DNA of 64,000 bases, taken from contig SVRL01000001.1 of NCBI GenBank assembly GCA_015064845.1, forward strand, positions 10,346 through 74,345. The letters run 5' to 3'. Position 1 is the first letter of the stretch. Each line of letters begins with the position of its first letter. The translations under genes were made by a program, and so were the position numbers. The DNA comes from Oscillospiraceae bacterium. Lineage in GTDB: Bacteria > Bacillota > Clostridia > Oscillospirales > CAG-272. This document shows, one piece after another, positions 20,651 through 31,100 of this stretch. Below the pieces are notes generated by a model. The model did not search any database. It worked only from the letters and a program-made list of their open reading frames with translations, and had not been told where the DNA came from.

Positions 20651-21340
20651 TTAGGGCGTTTCATATTTTTGAATTGATTTTATAATGAGTATAATTTCTT
20701 CATCTGAAATATCTTTTGAAGTTATAAGTGAGAAAAAATATTCATTTGTATTCCAAAAATAGGATTTTTTATCTTGAGCAAAAGATATTGCTATTTTTAA
20801 ATCATCAACAAACAGCGTTTGAAAATTTGAATTTTCATTGTCGATTGTAATTTGACTATCTAAAATAGTTTGATATAAAATAATTCTTTTTTTTAATTCA
20901 TTTTCCCAAGTAATCTGATTCCACTCTGTTTCTGTTAGACATTGTTTCAATATATACCCCTCAGGAATATACGTAGGCATATAGATGGTTTCCAAAGTAG
21001 AGGGGGCTTTTTGTACGTCATCATCTTCAAAGTAAATCTTAACGTAAGATTCATAAAATTCGGAAACCCAATGCAAAACACTTCCCTCTGCCATAACCGT
21101 TACAGAACCGAAAAAAATCATAAGAGCAGCAGCAATACCAACGGCACGTTTTCCTGAAGTAATGAAAAATCTACGGATTGGAGATCGCATTTTTCGAATC
21201 AATCGACTCATATATTTTAAGTATTCTTTGGAATAGACAATTTCTTCTTCCGTTGGAGGATGTTTCTCCAAATATACCTGATCGCTTAATTCAAAAGCTT
21301 CTTTCAAGCGTTCTCTTCCCGATAATTCCTTATCTGTCAT
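20651..21340 (-). CDS. DUF4367-like membrane-anchored protein (putative anti-sigma factor)
   Basis: Single TM and PTYIPEGY motif; overlaps the stop of the upstream ECF sigma gene. Confidence 0.75.
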   Translation of the reverse strand: MTDKELSGRERLKEAFELSDQVYLEKHPPTEEEIVYSKEYLKYMSRLIRKMRSPIRRFFITSGKRAVGIAAALMIFFGSVTVMAEGSVLHWVSEFYESYVKIYFEDDDVQKAPSTLETIYMPTYIPEGYILKQCLTETEWNQITWENELKKRIILYQTILDSQITIDNENSNFQTLFVDDLKIAISFAQDKKSYFWNTNEYFFSLITSKDISDEEIILIIKSIQKYETP

Positions 21341-21890
21341 TCAGATTCCTCCCCTCCAGCATTTGTAAAAGTTTGATACGGCCTCGATAAAGTCTTGTTT
21401 TCACTGTCTCCTCCTTTAAATTTAATATTTTTGAAATTTCTTTTACAGTATGATTGTGCAAATAAAAATAGTTCAAAATATCACTGTATTTCTCCTCCAA
21501 AGAATTGATACATTCAATGATAATTTTAACGTCTATTTTAGCGCATACGTTAAAAAGAATGGTTTCATAATCGTAAGTATCCTTTAAATCTACCAAAGCA
21601 ATATCACTTCTCCTTTCTTCTTCTTTTCTTTTTTCTCGGTAAAATGTAATTGAACGATTTTTGGCAACTCGAAATATGTATGCTCTTATCATTCTTTCAT
21701 TCTTTGCCCGATAAAATTCCAGATTCTCGGCAATACTCAGCCATGTTTCTTGCATAATGTCTTCTGCATCTGAGTGATTTTTTACCATATTATAAATCCT
21801 TTTGAAAATGTCATCTCCATATTTCTCGTAGAGCATTTCAAAATAGATTCGATCTTCCTCATTATCAAGCAAAGATAGACATAAGAACAT
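21330..21890 (-). CDS. ECF-type RNA polymerase sigma factor
   Basis: DAEDIMQETW region 2 and EISKILNLKEETVKTRLYRGR region 4. Confidence 0.92.
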   Translation of the reverse strand: MFLCLSLLDNEEDRIYFEMLYEKYGDDIFKRIYNMVKNHSDAEDIMQETWLSIAENLEFYRAKNERMIRAYIFRVAKNRSITFYREKRKEEERRSDIALVDLKDTYDYETILFNVCAKIDVKIIIECINSLEEKYSDILNYFYLHNHTVKEISKILNLKEETVKTRLYRGRIKLLQMLEGRNLNDR

Positions 21891-22052
21891 ATTTTATCAC
21901 CCCCCCTTAAACTGAATTTCAACAATATAATTATATTGGAATTATATTGTTAAGAAAATCTGTCGTCTAAAAATGTTGCTGCTTTGATTTTTTTGCCCTC
22001 TATATAATACAATCTAAAATTGAAGCAAAAAAGTTTCAAAAAATTCAATTTG

Positions 22053-22069
22053 TTTACAATTTGTTTACA
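22053..22069 (-). promoter_or_regulatory. WalR-type box
   Basis: Minus strand TGTAAA-CAAAT-TGTAAA upstream of the ECF sigma gene. Confidence 0.5.
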
Positions 22070-22126
22070 ATTTCATTGAAAAATACCGTTTTTTCTTTCC
22101 TTTTTTTGAAATACGCCTGTAAATAC

Positions 22127-22161
22127 AAAAAATCCCGATTAAAAATTCAATCGGGATTTTT
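22127..22161 (-). terminator. Intrinsic terminator of the ABC operon
   Basis: AAAAATCCCGATT-loop-AATCGGGATTTTT. Confidence 0.85.
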
Positions 22162-22169
22162 CATTGTAT

Positions 22170-24356
22170 TTAGTTTACACCCTTTTCATCAATAGCTTCG
22201 CCGTTAAGCACTTTTTCCGTATCAGAGAAAAGCTTACTGATGGTTGTGGTACGGATATAAACACCGTCTTCCGCCGTATCTATTTCTTGCTTGATCTGTT
22301 CTTTTTGACCGTCCGAAGTCAGTTTGTAAGTGGTCTTGGTAATTGTGGGAACAACATACATACGAGTGGAATTCAACTGCACATGACCGCTGTTTTCGTC
22401 AACGTATTCAAGATAATAGAAATCATATCGATACGTCGTTTCTACATACTCGCCGTAAGCGGCAACGGGAAGATATTTCGTTACCTTTACAACGCCGCCC
22501 TCATCCTTATATTCCAAGGGTTTTTTATATCCATCGTTCGGGTCTTCCGTTTTGAGGAAGAAGCGTCCCGCTTCAATATCATAAAAGGCATTCTCATAAA
22601 CGATAGGATCGCCGCCTTCAATTGCGGAAGGAACAACAACCTTTGTGCAAAGAATATTACCACCCTGGTCTCGCATAGGATTGCCGTCGCGCTGACCATA
22701 TTCATTATATTTATAATAAGTCAAAGGATGGTCCTTGGGAGATGTTTTGATGGAAATATGCGCCACGGGTTTTTCAGCAACACGCAGATCTTCATTTTCC
22801 TTATTTTCATAAAGGTCAAATTCTCTTGTCAGCAACACGTAGAAAAGACTTCTGAATTTTTCAAATTCGCCCACATAGTTAATACCCGTATTTCCGACGA
22901 TTACATATTCCGCATCATAAACAAGGGGAATCTTTTCGCCGTTTTCCGATTCGGTATAGATCGTTTCACCATTGCTGACTTTCGAAACGTCAATGTGCAA
23001 ACTTCTTTCTTTACCGGAAATTTCAAAACGGGTATCAGTTTCCCAACCTTTCATCTCACTGTAAATATCAATCATTTCCGTATTTGTCAGATATTCATAG
23101 AAAAGGTAAGGACTTGTAAATTTCGCAAGCTGCCAATCAATAAATGCATAAGTTTCTGCCGAAACTTTGCCGACGATTTCATAAAGAGGAGAATATACGT
23201 AATAAAATTCTGTTTCATCCAAATCCGTCTTCTTCTCACTGAAATACAGAATGGATGCCTTTTTATCATAATCTTTATCGTTGACGTCCGCACAGTTAAA
23301 GGTAAGAACCGCATAGTTTTTATCTGTGAAAGCCTCCAAACGATCGTGATCCAGATCCATACCGAAAGCTTCATAAACTTCGGGCTCGTGAATCTTATTA
23401 CCGTAAGCAACGATTTCATACGCTTGAACGTATGCCAGATTGATCAAAACCTGATTACTGTAAATATCTTCGTGAATGATATACGCTTTCGGGTAAATCA
23501 TCTGGTAGGTGGTGGGGTTGACGGCGTTGGTCAAGTCTTCCGAAATTCCGACTTGAATAATAACTTTACGTTCGCCGTTTACCATTCTTGTAAGCGACAA
23601 GTCGTTTGCGGAAAAGATTGTGTTACCGATATAGGGTGTCAAATCCGCCGTAACAATTTGGTTGCTCGTGCCGAGAACGGTTTCGGAAAGCGTAGACTGC
23701 AAAGCATAAATAATATCATATTCCGTTGTATTACCGTTTTCATCGGTTACAATATTCTTTCTGCCTTCCAAACGAGCGTAATAGCCCGAAGATGTTGCAA
23801 GAGATTTTCCGATATAAACGCGGTAAGAATTTCCATCGTTCAAAGTAACTTCAAACCATGCGGGATCGGAAGTCTCGTCAAGACCGTAATTCGCAAGGTC
23901 TTGTTCTGTTGCGGTTACGTTTACACGCTCCTGACCGGGAATATAATTGGTAATCAATACACGAACGTCAGCAAGCAAAGTGGAAAGCGCTTCTTCATTG
24001 ATGACGATATGTTCGCTGCCTTCAATCTGATAAGACGTGGTTTTATCTTCTTTTGTATAACGGTTCAGTTTATAATGCTCCAAACTGTTTTTGATTTCCA
24101 CGGATTTAATATCTGAACGTTCATAAACCGGCAAAATATAAATAGCGGAATGTTGATAAACCTCGCCTTCAAAAAGTTCGGGGATATACTCGTCTTTTTG
24201 CTTCAAAAGCGGAGCAATTACGGCAAAATAAACAATTACACCAACCAGTGCAATCGCTGCAAATATAATTGAAATTCTGGCTGTTTTCTGAAGCGAGGTT
24301 TTTTCAACCTCGCTTTTGGTAAACAGCGCTTTGATTTTTTTCCAAAAATTCATCAT
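22170..24356 (-). CDS. DUF4340-like membrane-anchored extracytoplasmic protein
   Basis: N-terminal TM; DLANYGLD and YIGK...GYYAR pattern; ATGA overlap with the upstream gene; AGGAG RBS. Confidence 0.7.
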   Translation of the reverse strand: MMNFWKKIKALFTKSEVEKTSLQKTARISIIFAAIALVGVIVYFAVIAPLLKQKDEYIPELFEGEVYQHSAIYILPVYERSDIKSVEIKNSLEHYKLNRYTKEDKTTSYQIEGSEHIVINEEALSTLLADVRVLITNYIPGQERVNVTATEQDLANYGLDETSDPAWFEVTLNDGNSYRVYIGKSLATSSGYYARLEGRKNIVTDENGNTTEYDIIYALQSTLSETVLGTSNQIVTADLTPYIGNTIFSANDLSLTRMVNGERKVIIQVGISEDLTNAVNPTTYQMIYPKAYIIHEDIYSNQVLINLAYVQAYEIVAYGNKIHEPEVYEAFGMDLDHDRLEAFTDKNYAVLTFNCADVNDKDYDKKASILYFSEKKTDLDETEFYYVYSPLYEIVGKVSAETYAFIDWQLAKFTSPYLFYEYLTNTEMIDIYSEMKGWETDTRFEISGKERSLHIDVSKVSNGETIYTESENGEKIPLVYDAEYVIVGNTGINYVGEFEKFRSLFYVLLTREFDLYENKENEDLRVAEKPVAHISIKTSPKDHPLTYYKYNEYGQRDGNPMRDQGGNILCTKVVVPSAIEGGDPIVYENAFYDIEAGRFFLKTEDPNDGYKKPLEYKDEGGVVKVTKYLPVAAYGEYVETTYRYDFYYLEYVDENSGHVQLNSTRMYVVPTITKTTYKLTSDGQKEQIKQEIDTAEDGVYIRTTTISKLFSDTEKVLNGEAIDEKGVN

Positions 24357-25933
24357 GAATGGCGTCTCCTTACATATACAATCAAACCGCAAACACCGAT
24401 GGCAACGGGAATTATCGCAACACAGGTAATGGTCCACGCATTGGCTTGTGCAGTGGAAACATCGGTCAGCGAAGTATTATCAAACGATTTATACGTGATA
24501 TTATCATAATAAACGGTATTATCCCACATCAATCGAAGGAGTTCAAGCATGATATTGCGGTTTGCGCAGGAAGATTCATATTCAGCAGAAAGGAAATCTG
24601 CGGAACCGATGGCAACTACATAAGTATCCACATTGGCATTCAGTTCCCAAATAATACGGGAAACACCCAAAAGCGCAACGGAACCTTCTATGGTTGTTTC
24701 GCCTTTAATCGTCTGCGCACTGCTGTAGGATTTCAAAAGAGGGAACGAAGTGGAAGAAGCGTTTGTTCCAGTAACGATTTCTCCGGAATCCAAAATTACA
24801 ACTTCTTTCGGCAAAGAGAAGATTGTGGAAGGAAGGTTGGATGTTCTGGAATTGAAAAGTTTTGAAAAGAATCCGGTAGACGTAGACTGTGCATCTGTAT
24901 TCGGATTATAAGTTTGAGAATAGTCCGCAAAAATTTTGGAAGCACCGGAACCGGAAACGGAATGAGAATTGTCTTTCACGGAATTGCCGAATCCCAATCC
25001 GTATTCGGACATGAAATCTTCCAAAGCTCTGAGCTTCGGAACTTCGGCATCTTCAACAACAATCATGTGTCCGTGATGATCTCCGAGGAACGTTTTCAGT
25101 TTGGTAATTTCGGAAAAATCCGTTGTGTGAACAAGGTCGGTCTTCGGACGGTTGATAATAACGATATCATCGCCTTTATTGGCATCAAAATTTTCATTGG
25201 AAAGATTGATTTCTTTGATTTCAAAACCGCCAAGTTCCAAAACTTCTTTCCAATCGCCGGCTTCTTTCAAAGTGGGTTCGCCGTGTCCCTGAAGATAATA
25301 TGCCGTGGGACGGTCTGCTTTGCCCGCCAAAAGAGCAACGGCAGAAAGAATTTTGGTTTCCGCATTATAACCGATATACGAATTTGTTCCGGTATCCATC
25401 ATAAAGAAAGATTTGGAAGTATATTTTTTTGCGGGAATATTGGGCAATGCATTTCCGTTTTCATCACAAAGCTCAAAAACAACGTCATCCATTGAAAGGG
25501 TATCCAATGCCGTCGCTTTATATTTTTCCGCATATTCGGGATGAACGGTTGTGTTATGCGCAACAAGGTTGATATTATCGTAATGATTAACCAATTCCTT
25601 GAAGGTTTGATAAAGCATGACCGTCATCTCGTTATAATTACGGAAAATGTCTTCTTCAGCAAGAAGAACGATATTTAAATACGTCTTTTCGCCGTTTTCG
25701 GAAATCAAAATTTTATCCATTTCTTCAATAAAAGCATCGGAAAGCGAATAGTAAGAGGATGCTGTCATATCCGTATACCAGCCCTGAACGGAAGAAAGGG
25801 AGGTTGCGATAATATTCAAGATAATAACGAGCGCAACAAAAATAACGGTAATGGTTACAGAAAGAGAACCGTATTTCAAATTTCTTTTATCTTTTGTTTT
25901 TACAGCGCCTTTGTTCTGATTTGTTTTTGCCAT
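24353..25933 (-). CDS. GldG-like ABC auxiliary component
   Basis: N- and C-terminal TMs, DMTASSYYSLS, YYLQGHGE and C-terminal VRRRHS. Confidence 0.8.
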   Translation of the reverse strand: MAKTNQNKGAVKTKDKRNLKYGSLSVTITVIFVALVIILNIIATSLSSVQGWYTDMTASSYYSLSDAFIEEMDKILISENGEKTYLNIVLLAEEDIFRNYNEMTVMLYQTFKELVNHYDNINLVAHNTTVHPEYAEKYKATALDTLSMDDVVFELCDENGNALPNIPAKKYTSKSFFMMDTGTNSYIGYNAETKILSAVALLAGKADRPTAYYLQGHGEPTLKEAGDWKEVLELGGFEIKEINLSNENFDANKGDDIVIINRPKTDLVHTTDFSEITKLKTFLGDHHGHMIVVEDAEVPKLRALEDFMSEYGLGFGNSVKDNSHSVSGSGASKIFADYSQTYNPNTDAQSTSTGFFSKLFNSRTSNLPSTIFSLPKEVVILDSGEIVTGTNASSTSFPLLKSYSSAQTIKGETTIEGSVALLGVSRIIWELNANVDTYVVAIGSADFLSAEYESSCANRNIMLELLRLMWDNTVYYDNITYKSFDNTSLTDVSTAQANAWTITCVAIIPVAIGVCGLIVYVRRRHS

Positions 25934-25957
25934 TTTCGGGAAGTCCTTTCTTCTGTT

Positions 25958-26674
25958 TTAAGATTTAGACCAACGGCGTCTTTCAAATACACGAATGGTA
26001 AGGAAAAGAAATACCGCCGAAAGAGAAATAAAATAAAGCAAAGAGTCGTAGCTGAAAAGTCCGTATGCGAAATAACTGTATCTGTTTGTAATGGAGATAC
26101 CGGAAAGAAATGCACGGATGGTTTCATTATTGATATAATTGTTCAAAGCACTGACGAAAAGCAGGAAAATAATTGCGCCGATCGTACCGAACGCAGAAAT
26201 AAACTGGTTTTCAGTCAAAGAAGAAATGAAAATACCGATAGAAATGAATGCGCTTCCGACAAGGAAAACACCGATCACACAACCCACGTAAAGCGCAAGG
26301 TTGGGAGTTCCGTACATAGCGAGAGGAATATAATAAATGATGGAAGAAATCAAAAAGCAACCACCGAACATGGCGAGCGCCGCCAGATATTTACCGAAAA
26401 CGATATCAGCAAGTGTAATCGGCGCAGTCATAATCAACTGATCGGTTCTCATTTTTCTTTCTTCACTGATGAGTTTCATAGTCAAAAGAGGAATGATGAC
26501 GATAAAAAGGAAAAGAATGAGGGAAAAATATGAAGTATAGTCCGCATTTTCTCCTGCTTGTACGGTTTGCAGCATAAAAAGGAAGCCGCTGACAGCAAAA
26601 AAGATTGCACTGAACATATAACCGACAGGAGATGTAAAATAGGAGCGCATTTCGCGCTTAAAAATAGCAAGCAT
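25958..26674 (-). CDS. ABC-2 permease (GldF-like)
   Basis: KREMRSYFTSP and PLLTMKLISEERK motifs; about six TMs. Confidence 0.88.
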   Translation of the reverse strand: MLAIFKREMRSYFTSPVGYMFSAIFFAVSGFLFMLQTVQAGENADYTSYFSLILFLFIVIIPLLTMKLISEERKMRTDQLIMTAPITLADIVFGKYLAALAMFGGCFLISSIIYYIPLAMYGTPNLALYVGCVIGVFLVGSAFISIGIFISSLTENQFISAFGTIGAIIFLLFVSALNNYINNETIRAFLSGISITNRYSYFAYGLFSYDSLLYFISLSAVFLFLTIRVFERRRWSKS

Positions 26675-26692
26675 GAATTAAAATCCTCCTTA

Positions 26693-27658
26693 TCAAGCTT
26701 TTTTTGCCGTTGTATCTTCTGCCTCATCTACAACGGAAATAAAAATATCTTCCAGATTTGCACCTGTGAATTCCAAGGAAAGAATCGGCCAGGAACGTTG
26801 TGCGAGCATAAAGAAAATCGGCTTACGAACGTCAATTTCATTTTTGCTTTCCACAATAAAGGTTGCGCTTCCGTCTTCGTGTTCCACGGAAATTTCCGCA
26901 TAAATCACACCGGGAATCCTCTTGAGCGCATTTTGAACCGTAACCGCAGGACCTTCGATGCGAATGGCAAGTCGGCGGTTTCCGCGCAAAGCGCCTTCAA
27001 TATTTTCCGTCAGTTCATCCGCAACGATTTTTCCTTCGTTGATGATAAGAATTCTGTCACAAACGGCTTTTACTTCGGAAAGAATATGCGTGCTGAGAAT
27101 AATCGTTCTTTCTTTTCCGAGTTCACGAATCAGATTACGGATATCAATAATCTGTTTGGGGTCCAAGCCATTGGTCGGTTCGTCAAAAATAATAACTTCG
27201 GGATTTCCGATGATCGCGCCAGCAATACCCACTCTCTGACGGTAACCTTTCGAAAGGTTTTTAATCATACGATCCATCGTATCTTCAATTTTAACCACAC
27301 GGCAAACTTCTTCAATATGTGCTTTGCGGTTCAAATTGCATTTTTTCAAATCATATATAAAATTCAGATATTCTTTGACCGTCATTTCCACATAAAGCGG
27401 AGGTGTTTCCGGCAAAAAGCCGATTTTTTTCTTAACAGCCAACGGATGCTCCAAAATATCAAGTCCGTCAACCATTGCCTTTCCTGAGGTGGAAGAAAGA
27501 TATCCCGTTAAAATATTCATTGTCGTAGATTTACCCGCGCCGTTCGGTCCGAGAAAACCCACGATTTCGCCCTTTTTCACTTCAAAGCTGATGTCGTTTA
27601 CGGCGTAACGGTCGCCGTACTGTTTGATCAGGTGTTCAACCTTTATCATGGTATTCAA
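26693..27658 (-). CDS. ABC transporter ATP-binding protein (GldA-like)
   Basis: GPNGAGKST, LSKGYRQRVG and DEPTNGLDP motifs. Confidence 0.93.
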   Translation of the reverse strand: MNTMIKVEHLIKQYGDRYAVNDISFEVKKGEIVGFLGPNGAGKSTTMNILTGYLSSTSGKAMVDGLDILEHPLAVKKKIGFLPETPPLYVEMTVKEYLNFIYDLKKCNLNRKAHIEEVCRVVKIEDTMDRMIKNLSKGYRQRVGIAGAIIGNPEVIIFDEPTNGLDPKQIIDIRNLIRELGKERTIILSTHILSEVKAVCDRILIINEGKIVADELTENIEGALRGNRRLAIRIEGPAVTVQNALKRIPGVIYAEISVEHEDGSATFIVESKNEIDVRKPIFFMLAQRSWPILSLEFTGANLEDIFISVVDEAEDTTAKKA

Positions 27659-27855
27659 CCATTCCTTTCTTAATAATATTTCTCATAAGATAAAATAAAT
27701 TGCGTCGATTTTTCGAAATTCGGCGCAATGATGCAAACAGAAAACGCATTTCTCAGCCAAAAACTTTTTTAATGATTTTCCGTCATTCATAAACGGAGAT
27801 GGATTCTGTTTAGCAAATCGGTTGTTCCGAGAGAACAAAAAATATACACTGTAAC

Positions 27856-27884
27856 AGTATACCCTATTTTTTCATAAAAATCAA
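27856..27884 (-). promoter_or_regulatory. Putative sigma-A promoter of the ABC operon
   Basis: Minus strand TTGATT-17 bp-TATACT. Confidence 0.5.
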
Positions 27885-28010
27885 GTACAGATACCATCAA
27901 ATTTTATAAATATCTCCTATTTTTTTTAATTTTTTACATCATTTTTATGAACAATTTATTAAACCCACAATCATAAAACAAAATCCTGAAAAATTCATCG
28001 TTCCTCCCGG

Positions 28011-28033
28011 TTTTCCACAATTTTTGTGGAAAA
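28011..28033. promoter_or_regulatory. Inverted pair of DnaA boxes
   Basis: TTTTCCACA-N5-TGTGGAAAA, the same 9-mer that dominates oriC. Confidence 0.5.
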
Positions 28034-28063
28034 CAAAAGAAGAAGCTGACATTCCGATTAAAC

Positions 28064-28092
28064 AAAAATGGCTCCCCATGGGGAGCCATTTT
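28064..28092 (-). terminator. Intrinsic terminator of the S-layer gene
   Basis: AAAATGGCTCCCC-AT-GGGGAGCCATTTT. Confidence 0.88.
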
Positions 28093-28107
28093 CATGGAAA
28101 TTAATCC

Positions 28108-31100
28108 TTATTTGATTACGTAAACGACGTTGCCGATTGCGATGTATTCGAAAGAGGTCATGCCTTCGAATGTGCCATCAACAACTTCAAGGTTGCCCTT
28201 AGCGTTAACGGTAACGAAAGTTACGTTGAGAGCTTCGAGGTCAACATATTCGTTTTCGGTTTCAGTCATCTTAGCGAGAAGCTTGGTTTCGCCTTCGATG
28301 GTAACGATTTCAGCAGTCTTGGTCATGAGCTTGCCTGCGGTAACAACGTCAACAACTTCAACGATTTCGTTGTTTGCGTCAACAACATAGAAGTTGCCCT
28401 TAACCATGCCTGCAACCTGTTCAAGGTTCATATCGAGACCGAATTCTTCATCACCGGAGTTCATGTCGAGCTCATAGCAGATGATTGCATCCTGAAGTTC
28501 GCCTTCAATGGATACAGCGCCTTCGATTCTGATAACAAGTTTGTAGTCAACACCGTCATGAATGGTTTCAGCAGTGAGGTTAGCAAAGTTGTTGAAGTAT
28601 ACGATCTTGTAGCCTTCAGCAAGTTCGATGCCTTCTACGGAATCGATAACAGTGTATGTGGGACCTACGGGAGGATCAATAGGATCTACGGGAGGTTCGG
28701 GATCTACGGGAGGTTCGGGGGGAAGAGTTGCTTCGGGAATTTCTACGCCTTCGGGAATTTCTGCTGCGAGAACTTCGCCGTCAGTGATGATTGCGATAGC
28801 AGTGATTTCGTTATCAACAACCTTAGCATTCCATTCAACACCGAATACGCCCTTGCCTACGAGGTCGCTGTAGTTGTTGATGATGCAATCGAAGCCATCT
28901 TCGGAGGGAACTACGAATACAACTTCTGCGCCTTCAGCAACGCGGTAAGCGGTAACTTTTTCAGCTTCAACGTCAATGTAAATGCCGTTTTCACCGAATA
29001 CGATGGTAGCAGCGAGATCATTGAGAGTAATGTCTTCTTCAGCAACGGTGTTTACACCGAATACTGCTTCTGCGTTCCAAGCGTTTGCGAGACCTTCAGC
29101 AGTGAATTCAACGTCTTTGAGAGTAACGGGAGTCTTTTCAGCAGCTTCGAAGTATTCTTTATTGTTTTTGATCACGTAATCGTATTCATTTCCGTCCTTA
29201 ATGTACGTGATATCTTCTGCATTGAACACTTTCAATACAGCACCTGCGGGAACATCAATCTGCTGCTTACCAATAGAGATTACGGTTTCTTCGCTAGTAA
29301 TAAAGTAACCTTTTTCTTCAGTGTAGTTTTCTGCGTGTTCTGCATTGTTGGGATCAAAAATAACGAAATCATTCTTGTCTTCGCCGTTAACGGTACCTAC
29401 AATCAAAACTTCGAGATTGGACCAGTCAATCTTAAGACCGCTGGAAACGAGTTTGTATGCCTGAACGAATTCAACTCTTGTGTATTTGAGAGTGTATTCG
29501 TATGCGCCTTCAACGAGGGTTCTTGCGTAGTAGGGTTCATAGCCGATAGCTTCTGCAACGTAAACAACTTTTTCAGTTGCAACACCAAGAGTGTTTTCTT
29601 TGATGTACTCGGTCTTGTAAACAACTTCGCCGAGCTTGTGGCCGCCGTAAATGTCGGACCAGTCATCGTTCAAGCTTGCGCCTGTGCTGCAAAGGAGATA
29701 TTTGGACATAGCATCCTTGCAAACGTCAACGTAGATGAGGTCGGTTTCGCCTTCAACTCTTGTGTCATTTGCTGCTGCTGCGGGATTGAGGAGAGAATCG
29801 CTCCAGATTCTTGCATAAACCTTGTAGTTAGCAAGGTCGAACATAGAGGAAGCTCTTGCTCTTACAGTTTCATAGATAACGTCATATACACCGTTTTCAT
29901 CAACAACTGTGATTGCAACGTTGTAAGTATTGGTCTGACCTTCAACAAGTTCAGAATCAGTAACAAAGCCGGTGTTTTCAACTTTTTCGAAAGCACTTGC
30001 AAGGTAAACAGCTTCATTGCCTTCACCTACAGCGAACTTAACGCATCTGTCGTTGAGCCAGAGTGCAGTTGCATCGGTGATGTTGGTACCTTCGCCAACG
30101 ATACCTGCTTTGATAGCTTCTTCAGCTTCGTCAAGCATGGGGAAGTTGTTAGCGATGTTGTAAGAATATGTCTTTTCAGCGCCCTTGTAGCTGTAAGTAT
30201 ATTCAATTACTCTATCGGATTTGGTTGCGGGGAGTTTGATGTTTTCAACGAGAGTGTCGTCGCTGAGACGGATATTTACGAGGAAGTAGCCTTCTTCAGC
30301 GTATACGGTAACTTTTTCGATGATACCGGTCTGAATTGCGGAAGGAGCGAAAGTATTAACGATTTCGCCGTCGGGAGTCTTAACAACGAAGCTGAATTCT
30401 TCGCCGTCATTATTGAAATCGGAAACGAAGTCTGCGCTGTCTTTGATAACAACAGTGTCATACTTAACAACGTCGATTACGTTGATAACCTGACCGTATT
30501 CGTTGATTTCTTCTCTGTAAGTAACGTTTTCAGCAGCTGCACTGAATACTGCGTATACGCAACCTTCAGCAGCAGTCTTGAGGTTAGCGATTGCTTCTGC
30601 AACAGAAAGCTTGTCGCCTGTCATGTTCTTGGAGTAGAAGTAGATATCGCTGTTTTCGTCATTGGTAATGGTGTATTCAACACCTGCGAAAGAAAGGATA
30701 GCGCTCTTTACTTCGCCGTTTTCAACAACTACGTCTTTCCAGAAGAAGTCGGGAACGAGGTCATCAAGTCTGAGACCTTCTTCAGTCTTCTTGAGGAGGT
30801 AAGTGTTGAGGATAGTTGTGAACTGGTTGGTGGATTCGAAAGTGATTCTTACGATATCACCGGTGCGTTTGTTCTTGATTACGTTAACGAGAGAACCGAT
30901 AGCGAGAACGTCAGCAACGTTAACTGCTTCGTCGTCAGCCAATTCAAGAGCATCGCGAACGAGTGCTTCGAATTCTTCAACAGAGATGGTAAGAGTATCT
31001 TTACCGTTTACGCTCTGGAGAACAACTTCGGTACCGATAGAGATAACGAAGTATCTGTCTTCTCTGAGACCAACATTTTCAACAACTGCGGGAGTGAAGT

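Noticed and set aside
26879-26896. Possible parS site (TGTTCCACGGAAAT)
   Set aside because: Only a half match to TGTTTCACGTGAAACA and located inside a CDS.
28660-28765. Short DNA repeats (TCTACGGGAGGTTCGGG) in the S-layer gene
   Set aside because: They simply encode a Pro-rich interdomain linker (PEPPVDPEPPVDP).
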